From Somniosus microcephalus (taxonomy: Eukaryota), in contig CM126223.1 in assembly GCA_052327205.1 (NCBI GenBank), positions 61,380,001-61,444,000 of the forward strand: 64,000 nt of DNA, in the 5' to 3' direction. The notes below the pieces were generated by a model that saw only the letters and a program-made list of their open reading frames with translations, was not told where the DNA came from and made no database searches. The first letter of the stretch is position 1. Every line of letters starts with the position of its first letter. Below are positions 15,301 through 27,300 of this stretch, piece after piece. A program made the position numbers and the translations under genes.

Positions 15301-18300
15301 TTTATCATGTCCTCAGAACATCCCAAGTAACTTTACAATCAGATTACTTTTGAAGTACAGTCCCTTTTGTGTTGGCAAATGCGGCAACCAACTTGCACAC
15401 AGCAAGGTCCCACAAACGCAAATAAATGAATGACGACAATCTGTTTTTGGTGACAGGTGAAGGAGCAACGTTGGCCAGGATGTCTGGTGAACTCCCTCCT
15501 CCTCTTTGTATTGTTTTTTTTAAATTCATTGATGGGATGTGGGCGTCACTGGCTAGGCCTGCATTTAGTGCCCATCCCTAATTGCCCTTGAGAAGATGGT
15601 GGTGAGCCGCCTTCTTGAACCGCTGTAGTCCATATGGTGTAGGTACACCCACAATGCTGTTGTGCCTGATGATCTTTTATGTTGCACTTGAGAAAGTAAA
15701 CTTGGCCTGCGATTAACATCTCATTCAAAAGATAGACACTGCACCACTCCCTCAGTACTGTACTGAAGTCTCAGTGTATATATTATATAATGAAGTGTAT
15801 AGTGGTACTTGGGCAATACTAATTTAATAACTACTTTGGATTAGCTTTCAGGAATGAAAGGACACTGATCCTTATTGAGTCAATTGCTGACTGAAAAAGT
15901 AATGTCATCAACTAAGTGCATCACAGAGCTCTACCCTACCTAAAACAGCCAGTGTTCCTTGGTGGTGCTTGCAACAATACAGGTAATTAATTTAAACCAG
16001 TAGTATTTCCATAAACCTAATGCGGAGACATAAAAGGGATCAGCACTTGGTATTGAAAATGCTTTTCCATTGATCATCTTGAAGCTGTGCTGCTTTCAAG
16101 CAATCACCAGTTTATTATAACCCAAGTTAGCAAGACTGTATATCATTTTAAATTCAAGACTGTAAAGGGTTAATTATAAAATCTGAGATACAGGGTATTT
16201 AAATCCCCATTAAATTGTAATGTTCATCAGTTCTGAAATTACTGCTCCATATAAACAGAAGGGTTAGTTTCATCATTTGCAAGTTTATCTCAAAGGAATG
16301 ATAGATAATTTGACATTGAAAAGAATTTTTGCAATCCGATCCTTTTGATCAGTGCCAAAAAAATTAGAAAGGCAACATCAAGCTTAAATGGTTTTTGAAT
16401 TTTACATGATAATTAGGTACAAATGATGATTGAAAAACTTTTCTTTCCCTGTGGCCCCAGCAAAAAAAAAAGTAATTTTCAGATCAGTATCTCTCCAATT
16501 ACATCAAAATGAAATCCCCCTTTAGAAAAGGGTTGCCTTTAGACCCGTATCGCCAGAATTGCATATTTAAACACATGAACTCCCCTGCCCCCGCCCCCAC
16601 CCCAATCTCCCCACAACACAAGAATCCCAATAGAAGGGCAGACTTCAGTTACAAAATGACCTGGTAGGAGTGGAGCATTCTCCAGGTGCAGGTTAAGGAG
16701 ATGCTTGCCTTTTAAAGCCACGGCTGCCACAGAGGGGGCACTGGAAGTTGGGGTCTCTCCCATGTGACTTTTCTTGTGGCCAATCAGGTGGTTGTGGGAC
16801 TGACACTGCAGGCCGCACTGCTCACACACAAATCTTTGAGACTTGTAATGGACACCGTGGTGATTTCGAGCATGGACCCGAAGGTAGGCAGCCGTGGTGA
16901 AACCTACACAAAAATAGGGATTTCAGGTGATAAAAAAATACGCACAGACACCTTTACATCCACAACTATTGGGACATTTAAAAGTCTGATTTTTTTTTTA
17001 ACCAATGACTTTGTTCAGATAAAATCATACATGTTAACACTTTTCATCATGACAAGACATTTCAAGATTACAGTAATGAACCTTGCTATATTGTATTACA
17101 ATTTGAGATATAAAATTCTGTGCAACATTCCTTTAGACTCCTTATACAAATGCCTGCATCAATGACATTCTGATCTACTGTTACCAAAGATTTCCTTCAG
17201 TAAATTGCCCCCTCGCTGCATAAAAACGCACAATGCAACACTACAATCATTTTGATGCAAAATGGCACCTGTGTGAGTAACCTTATTAGAAAGGCATTTA
17301 AAATTTACAATACTTATGCATGCTACAACTGGACTCAGCGACCCAGGGCTAGGAAAAGAGGATGGGGCGGAGGGAAAAATGGCTAGGAATCCCATTCTTG
17401 ATGGCTAGCTCGTGACCTCTTCTGCCAGTTGTCTGTGTATGGATGCCAGGTGAAGACAGAGTTGGGCTTGGGCATGATGCCCGGCATCACTGAATAGCCT
17501 GCCAAGGCACTCAAATTCTGAGCTCACAAGTGACGAACAACTACTTGGAAAATGTATCGGACGGCACCCATGGAATTGTACCCCAGTTAAGAGTCAATAC
17601 CATCTGGTGAGTAAGGCAGAAACTTGAACACAAAAACTGTAAAATACAAATAGCTAATGAACAGCATTCTTGTTAACCTTGTAGGAGGTATTACAATATA
17701 GGGGGGGGAAAAATCCACTAACTGGGAACTCAGTGGATGCCACGGTATGAACTATGTGCAAGGGAATCTAAAAACAAATCAAATCAATGGGAGGTACTTA
17801 GTGGATTTAATACAAGTAAAAAAAAAGGTAATGGAGAAAATAATGAGACTCAAGGTTGACAAATCTCCAGGACCTGATGGTTTCCACCCTAGGGTATTAA
17901 AAGAAACAGGTGGGAAAATTGCAAATGCATTTATAATGATGTTCCAAAGCTCTCTAATCAGGAATTGTGCCCTTAAATTGGAAAATTGCTCCATTATTTA
18001 AGACTGGAGGGAGAAACCAGGAAACAACAGACCTGTCAGTTTAACGTCAGTTGTAGGGAAGTTACTGGAATGTATCAGGGACTGCGTATGTAAATAAGTA
18101 TGAGCTAATCAGAGAGTCAACATGATGGGCATATGACTCCACAAGTGCCAGCAGCCCTTCAGTGGCTCATCCAAGTGCCCATTCGGCAAGCTTTAATGCA
18201 GACAAGTGAATATGGACAGGCTATTAAACTGCGATCGGTCCTTACTTGATGTCCGTACATGCACTTCACAGCACAGGGCACTGAATAGCAATCAAGAGCA

Positions 18301-21300
18301 AGAACCCTGGCTGATACATTTTCCCCCCTCTTTCCTAGGTTAAGGCACTTTAAGACCAATTGCAGTGCACCTACCAACACCCCACCGGAGATTAGTTAAT
18401 TCAGTAATGAGCTGGGTTAACATTTAGGGCTTTCTTGATCTGTATGCCTCAGTATCATATCAGGCAGTGTGCTTACCCACAGCCATGATAGGAGCTGCAA
18501 ACATATCCTATTGCCATGAGGGAGCAGCACTGGTAGAAGGATTCTGTGGACTGGGTTTTTATGCTCAATGAATTTGAGATTACAAAAGAAGCTCAAGCAG
18601 CAAGAATTTTTCTTTGTTGGGTGGTGGTGGGGGGAAGGGAAGAGACTTTCTTTTTTTTTAAAAACTCTTTTCTCCTCGCACAATGTTCAGCGCCACTGAT
18701 CCTTCATAATATGGGAGAGGACATTTTAGTCTAGATTTCAACTCTCTGCAATCATCAAAAATTTTAATTTACAATCAGGTTGGCATGGAACACAATTTAA
18801 GCTAAGATAAGCCAGGCAATGTCAGAGTGTTTCTTCTCAAACATGGAAGTCAAAACTTGCAGGCTTTAATTGAGAAGCATCAACAGAACTCCAACCTGGA
18901 ACCTTCATGTCAACAGCTATGCAATCCACCACCCACAACAGCAGGCTGGAATTTTGGGGGGGGGGGGGCTGGGCTGGGGAAGGAATTGGAGGAAGGGGAC
19001 AATTTTTTTAAAAATACGTGTAACTTATTTCTAATTACACTGTATTTAATACATAAAAAGGCACTTGCCACCACAGCACCACTGTTGATCAAACTTCTTC
19101 CAACTGCTTTCCAATTTTACCAACACCTGCCTGGAGGATGACATGGAACTGGTGAATAATGAAACAGGCCAATACCTGACTATTGAGGTCAATAAGTGGC
19201 AATGTTAGAAGAACCAAGTTTGAAAAGTTGTGTGTTTTTCAATCTTGCCATTTCACATCTTCCTAAATTATACTTGCACGGCACAGTTTAAAATAACTCA
19301 ATTGGCATGATCATTGACTAAAAGTTCCCTAGATCAATTAAAGTATGCTTAGTGGCACCCAGTTTGCTTAAAGAAAGACCTTCATTAAAAGCTGAAAATA
19401 CAGGTGATGGTTTAGAGAAAAAAAATTATGGGCTAAAGTTAATCCCCGCTTACTCTGCTGGAGTTCAATAAGCTGCTTAAACCTAGAAAACTGATGTGAA
19501 GAAAGCTCTACTACAATACATTCACCATGAGGTACAGAAATCTTTTGCTCAACTCCACAAACAGGGAAAAAGTGACTTTAACACCAACTAGGAATTATTT
19601 CTGCGACATATTTTCACATCACATTTTTCCAGACTGAACTACGTTATGTACTAATCAGCCTTTTTCTGTATTTAAGGCTATCCAGGAATTCTGCAGAAAT
19701 ATACTCTACCTTTGTTACAGACGTTGCAGTTGTGATTTTGGTTGTGATTGTGCATTTTGATGTGGTTGGAGATGTAAGCTGCACTCAGCAGTTTACCACA
19801 GATGTGGCAAGACACCTTTCCCTCGTGGCGTATCATGTGTGAACGCAGGCGGTCTTTGGTGGCAAAAGCTGCATCACAAGTCTATAAGGACACAAGTCAG
19901 GCATTAACATTTTACGTTCTTACAAACTATTAGAACAGTCTTCCTTTCAAATTAAGCTACCGACTATTTAAAAAGGTCAGAATATTTAACAGTTTGACAC
20001 CATTAAATAATTAAATTATTAAAATTATTTTCTAAAGCAATTCTTCTATATCTTAGAAACAAAATCTAACTCCAGAAATGTCAATATATTCCATAGATAT
20101 TCTTTAGTATTTGGCCAATAGGACATAAAAAAAATGAACCTTCCATAACATATACAGGAAACTTTCTGGTATCCGGCACGGACGGGACCGACGTGGTGCC
20201 GGTTCAGCAACAATGCCGGATAACCGAACGCTATAGTAAAAGATACGGAGCTCAGAGCTCCGTATAAAGCAACAAACCCTGTTGCAGCTTCAAAACAATG
20301 GGCACAAGTTGCAAGCGTCTCTGTAGCTTAGCAACAGCTTCAGCTACACCGTTGCACAGCAACAAATGAAGTAAAAAAAAAGTTACCTGAACCGACTCCT
20401 GAATTTTGCCGGTGGATAGAGCGTTCCGATTATTTAGGGGCCGGTTAATCGAAAGTTTCCTGTACAAAAATATTTGATCCACATATTGTATAACAGATAT
20501 GTAGAATATATTGGCCTTAAATTTGTGGTTGGAGGCTTCCCGTGGGGAAATGCCTCCGATCCACAAATAAAATGCCCGTGTACCTGGTGGTCCGGGAGGT
20601 ACGGAGACTCACGGTCCTGGACTTCTCTGGGTACCCGCGGGTAGAGGCCCACGTATCCCAGGGGCGCAACCACCCTTGGGATCACATGGGCTGGTCCAAC
20701 GAATGAAAGAAAAGGATCCCCATTCATGCTTATGGGGGTTTCATAAGTACGGAAACCCCGTAAGCATGAATGGGAATACCCCAAAAAATACATGTACACA
20801 TCAAATAAATAAAAAAAATTACATTTAAATTGAATTAAAATGCCATTTAATTAAATATTTAAAACACAAATTTGATTTTTTGAAAAATAAATGTAAATGT
20901 TTTAAAGGGGCTAAAAATAACCGTACCTTAATGTACAGGATTTTTAATGTTGAAATGATTGAAAAAAAATAATTTTTATGTTCATTTAAACTCTTACGCT
21001 GGTAAAAGCAGGCGCAAGGCCTGCTTTTACCAGCGTAAGAGTTTAATTGAACATAAAAAAAAAAAATTTTCCCAATCATTTCAACATTAAAAAACCTGTA
21101 CAGGCGCAAGAATTACACAGGCATTCCCTGGGCTTCTCCCAGGGATGTGTTGGATCTGTCAAGAAGATTCTTGAAAATCGCAAGTTCCAGGTTTTCACGC
21201 ATGAGCTTCGCGCGCAAAAACCCGGAACCTGCGTGGCCCCTACGAGCGCGTACGCACCTCGTACACACCCGTTGGGAGCATCAAAATATGGGCTATTATA

Positions 21301-24300
21301 CAGAGAACACACAGGTAGGCAACTAGAGCACCAATGCTCTGTGCTACAAACTGGCAGGACACAGTTCCATGCCTGCAATTCCCCATAAGGCGAGCTCCTG
21401 ATCTCAGTCGCACTGTCGGGGAAAAACTGAGCAGATGCAAGACATTTTCCTGCAGAGAGAAGTGAAAATGAGGGCGAGCCACCATGGGCCACTCTCTGAC
21501 AACCCCAATGGCTGGTTGGAGTGGCACTGGCAGAACCCTGGGAGCAGGGAGCCTGCTTGATTGGTTAGTTGGGAAATGGTACACAACATGAAATGAAAAA
21601 GGACATGAAGTCTCATGCATGTTTTTAAAAAATTGTATCTTATTAAAACCAAGCTGACACTTCACAACCATGAGGTTGTTAATATAAACTTCACCTGTAT
21701 GAATAAAGTTGAAAATATCTGATACAGTATTAAGAAAAAATGACTGGGTTGTTAGGAGATATTTGATGATTTATTTATTTTCTCTTAAAAATGGCACCTG
21801 CCATTTTGGGTCTCTGCACTCTTTCAGAACTCAGCTGAAGACAGATATAAGACCGACAGTCAGCCAGTGCCACCTCAGTACGAACATAGGAACATAGCAA
21901 CAGGAGTAAGCCATTCAGCCCCTCCAGCCTGTTCTGCCGTTCAATTATGTCATGGCTGATCTGTTTCGTAACTCCATTTGCCCGCCTTGGTTCCATAACC
22001 TTTAATACATTTATCTAACAAAAATCTAAATCTCAGCTTAGAAATTTTCAATTGACCTAGCCTCAACAGATTTTTGGGGGAAGTGTTTTCCAGATTTCCA
22101 CTACTGTGTGTGAAGAAGCACTTTCCGATATCACTCCTGAACGGCATAGCTCTATTTATAAGGTTATGCCCCTTGTTCTGGATGCCCCCACTGATGAGTT
22201 ATCATTTCCATTCCTGATGGCAATCAGGGAAACTTTAGTGCAGGAAACTCTCTTTTTACCAGCACCTAAATATCCGGAAATCTCTCTTAACCGGCAAAAT
22301 TCAGGAGTAGGTTCAGGTAAGTTTTACTATATATTAGTGGCCGTGTAACCGAGGCTCCTGCACCCGTGGCCGTGTAACCGGGGCTCCTGCACCCGTGGCC
22401 GTGTAACCGGGGCTCCTGCACCCGTGGCCGTGTAACCGGGGCTCCTGCACCCGTGGCCGTGTAACCGGGGCTCCTGCACCCGTGGCCGTGTAACCGGGGC
22501 TCCTGCACCCGTGGCCGTGTAACCGGGGCTCCTGCACCCGTGGCCGTGTAACCGGGGCTCCTGCACCCGTGGCCGTGTAACCGGGGCTCCTGTACCCGTG
22601 GCCGTGTAAACGGGGCTCCTGCACCCGTGGCCGTGTAACCGGGGCTCCTGCACCCGTGGCCGTGTAACCGGGGCTCCTGGACCCGTGGCCGTGTAACCGG
22701 GGCTCCTGCACCCGTGGCCGTGTAACCGGGGCTCTCGTACCTTGGTAAGTATACCTCTCTGTAATCCGGACTTTTTGATCAACCGGCACCATGCCGGTCC
22801 AGTCGGTGCCGGATAAAAAAGGTTTCCTTGTACCAGTCAAGGACAAAGCCACCCAAAACAGAAACAATGCCCTTCAGCTCACTCACTGACGTTCCTAGAA
22901 TGAATGCCAGCTCAGTGGCTCCCTGATCAGTGTGGAAACCTGAAAAAAAAGGTGCCGAATGGGGAGGAGAAATAAAATAGAAGTACAGGAAACTTTGTGA
23001 TATCCGGCACCGACGGGACCGAGCTGTTGCCGTTCCCTCAAAACTGCCGGACACTCCAGCTCTAATGTTGAAGCATACGGAGGTTTTCATCTCCGTATCT
23101 GACAACAAACACTGTTGCTTAGCAACAACTTCTAAACAGTCGGCTGCAGCTGCAAGCGTCTCTAGCTGAAGCTGTTGCTATAGCTACAGACCTTGCAGTG
23201 CCTGACTGGGAAAAAAAAAAGCAACAAAAAGAAAAAAAACGGCTCCTGATTTTTGCCGGTGGCTCGAGCTTGCCAGACATTTAGCCTCCGGATAACACAA
23301 AGTTTCCTGTATATTCCAATAATGTCTAAAAAAAATGTTTTGATGTTACCAGGTAGTGTAGTACTTAACACTGTTCTTTCGCCCCTCTCCCATACACATA
23401 TATACCTTTCTCCTTTGTGCAATACAGCCTGGACAATCACATTCACAGCTGCCCATTTTTCCTCCTCTCTATAATTCAACCCAACCTCTCAAAAAAAAAA
23501 ATCTTAGGGCTTCAGAATCAGGGGAAAAAGTAATTCTCAAAATGTCCCTTGCCTACCAATTCAAAAAAAAATTCCAGCTACTCTATTTTTCTCTCTTTAA
23601 AGCTCGGAAGATTGCTTGACCAAGGCTATCATCTTTGTGGCAATTCCAAGGGACACTTTGTTTAGTCTCAGTTTATAGCAACTTCCCCACACTACACAAA
23701 GCTGTTATCAGAGAAATTTGGAGTAACATAGCTCACAAACCCAATTTAAAGATGGGCAGCTTTGTTTAATTTTTCCTCAAACGGGAAGTACAGTACATTA
23801 ATTAGACACCAGAAAGCAAAGTGAGCAACGGTGATTCCGAGTGAACAATTGGAAGACCCAAATTGATAGTCGCATCTCAACTTGAATTTGGACTTGGGGG
23901 GTAGTTTGCCAGTCTCCCCAAGGAGGGGGGAACTGGGGGGCGAAGTGGGAGCCGTGAACCTTTCCTGCACCCCTCAAATGCACTGGCAGGTCACCCAAGG
24001 AGCTGCCCTGGTAGCACTTGGCAATGGACCACTCCACCCTCTTCTACTGGAGATAGCAAAGACGTGCAGGAAGAAAATTACAAAAAAGTAGTTTTACTTA
24101 AAAGGAGAACAGTTCTGGAACTTTGAACAACCTTTTGAAATTGACAATCTTTGAACATTTCTTTATCCATTCGGACAATACCCCTTAACTGGCTTTAAAA
24201 CAGAAAAATAGAAAGTTACTTGGCATTTGAAGGGTCGCTCTGTAGAATGAACATGTTTGACATGACAGCTCAGATGATCGGGCCTGGAGAAGAAAGAAAG

Positions 24301-27300
24301 GCCATGGGTTAGATTGAAACAGAATGAATGTTTTCATTTTAAAATCAATAACCAAAAGCTCCCCTTGATGGCTTCATAAGCACATCCAGGACAATACTGA
24401 TCCACACAACCCAGGAAGCTCCAAATCGTCAGCCTGTGCTGTGAGCCGATTTCGGCCAGGACAGCAGTAGGAGTTGCTATAATTGGCTTCAGTGCCTCTA
24501 GACCAGGGAGGAAAGTCAGTCTTCAGCTTCGGATCATTGTCCAGAAACAATTCAGATAAAAGCCAGTTTAGACACAGTTAGAAATGAAAAGGTTAAACTA
24601 ACCCAAAGATGTCCAATCGTGTGTCTTTGTGGGCCACGTATCATGGAGCCTTGGCGACCATATTAAGTTTACATTCATTTTCCTATTCATTTACATATAC
24701 TTCAACTTACTGATATTAATGGATATTTATTACAAGCTACGCCTTCAAAACTCCCCTCTTGAATTTGGCAGGCTCATAAAATTCAAATAGTAAAAGCCAG
24801 TGTGCAAGAAACATAGGTGCAAACAGAACTGAGCTGCCTGGACTCGGGGTCGGATTGCCAGGGCCCAAAGACTGCATGTAACGCTAGAGCTTTAGCTTTG
24901 ACACCCGTGAACTAAGCAATTCTTTTGCAGCCAGAGGTACAAACGTTCTTCTAGGGAAGAGAAGAGTACCAGTAACCAGCTGGGACATGGCCTGTGTACA
25001 ACAACAAAAAATGCACACACACAGAACAAGCCCGAGGCAACAACTCTCAAGTCACAATCAAGAGTCAAGTATAGCTGGAATGGAATAAAACAGTGGGATT
25101 AAATGATGGTAGTAGGACTACAATCTGACTGTGCTCACAGTAAATGCACAGGCACGGTTGCTGCTTTCAAGTGAAGGTACAACGATATCACATGACAAGC
25201 ACGGCAATGAAAGCAAATATTGCTATTTGATATATAATAGGATTAGATATTTTCCTATAATTGACTGAATATGCACTTGTCACAGTGACAAGCAATTAGG
25301 ATTTCATCCAGAATATTTTTGCTTATCCTAATAGGTATGAAGGTGAGCTAAAAGTTTAGATTTAGCAACAAATTCCTATTATGTTGCTGGCAGTCGATTA
25401 CGTTATCAAACTTCCAAAGTCTACAGCCAAAACATTTTCTACATCTTGCTTGCAATACCAATTTTTTTTTTTTAATATAAACATGAGCAGTGAAAAGCTA
25501 CTAAGAACACATCTTAATTTTCCCAATGAACACATCCAAGTTTGCGCAATTTCCCCAAATCGATTTGGCTTACATCACATATGCATGCTAGAATGTTGTC
25601 AGCAACATAACAGAACAAATCCCTCAAAAAATATACAAATTTAATGCTCGTACTTTTCCTCATCCCACATGTAATGACCCCACCTACCTCTCTCCTCTTT
25701 GCTACTTGCCCTTACCCACCACCTCCCAAACCCAGTTATAATTTACCTGGAGAATCCCTTTCCGCAAAGGCTGCAGATGTAGGGTTTGTTGATGCCCCCT
25801 TCGTGGGACCGCACGTGATAACTCATGCGGTCCTTCCTCTTGAAACGCTGCTGGCAAACTGGACACTCGAATGGCTTTTCATCAGAGTGAGAAAGTTTGT
25901 GCCGGTTGAGGTGGTAAACGTCACGGAAAGCTTTCCCGCACAGTTCGCAGCCGTGATTCTTCTTCACTCGTCGGTTTGCGTTCTTGCTGGCCGTGACTGC
26001 CGAGGCGCTGCTGGTGACGGTCGAGGTGGAAGCAGCGGTCGACGTCAGCATCCCGGCAACGGTCGACACCAGCGTTGCCGTGCCACCAACGCCAGGCGCC
26101 GATGACATCAGCGAAACCATGGTCGGCACTTTCCTTGGCCGTGAAACCAACTTGATTCCTGTGTGGCATGACTCGTGTCGCCGGAGGTGATAACTGTCTC
26201 TGAATGCCTTGCTGCAGTAACTGCAAATCACGGGTGTTCGGGTTTTCTCCTTCTTCTCTACTACCACTGGAGGTTTCGGCGTTTCTTTGGGATCGGGGGT
26301 TTTCTGAACCGTGGGCAGCGTTGTCACGGGCGCTTGCTCACGTGGCTCGCTTGCTGAATGCAGTATTGGCAGGAGGCTATTCTGCACATGCTGCTGGTGT
26401 TGCTGCTGAGACACATCGGTTGCCTACAAAACAGAAGACGCGAGAATCAGCCAAACACCGTTACACTTCACTATAGACCCTTCCTGTGAACTTAACCCTC
26501 CTTCCTCATCTTGTGAACTTGACTCTCATGTTCAAGGCCTCTCACGTTAGCTCCAGTTACACAGACTTTAAGTTTTCCTCACCTGTATATTCAACAACCA
26601 TAAGAAAGGTTACATTAAAAATAGCTGGATGGGTTTGTGCAATCTAAATTTGTAACCATTGGAATACTATGACAGTGAAATATTACTACTTTGGTCACAC
26701 GCAGACATATTAGGGAAAGAATGGACTTGTATTTCTACAACACCTCTCTCATCCTCAGGATGTGTCGAAGCATGGCGTAAGCAATGAAGTACTTTTGAAG
26801 TGCAGTCACAGTTTTGTAGGGAATCACAGCAGCCAATTTGCCCACAGCAAGTTCCATTAAACATTAAAACAGCTGAATAACAAGGTAATCTGTTTCGGTG
26901 TTGGTTGAGGAATGAATGTTGGCCAGGATACCAGCTTTTCATCTTCACAAAATCTTTTACATCTACCTGAATAGACAGATGGGGTCGCAGTTTAATATCT
27001 CATCTGAATGAAAGTTATGACTTGGGATTCGCAATACAGAATAGCAATTTTATTTGCAACTTCAGTAGCTTAAAAATCTTCTTGTCTAATTGGCTGGCAA
27101 AGCAGCTTGTTCCATTTTAGGAGCATTTTCATAATTTTTGCATTGCAAAAGTTAACAGTACTCTCACATTTCCAGTAGCATGACTTAAACGCCATTCAAA
27201 TCCAATCTGCTTTAGTTGTAACAAGTTAAAGTTAAAGTTTTAATATTTCTCACCTATTTATACTGCCATTCAGCTTTAGATAAAGCATCCTAGTAATAAT

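Noticed and set aside
22287-22867. Three long overlapping repetitive ORFs, or a possible CRISPR-like array
   Set aside because: This is a by-product of a stop-free 29-bp tandem unit cycling through all three frames. The units are contiguous with no unique spacers, there are no cas genes, and the context is a eukaryotic intron.
25644-26476. Plus-strand and alternative-frame ORFs overlapping exon 2
   Set aside because: Antisense or shadow frames of a GC-rich coding exon, with no recognisable domain.
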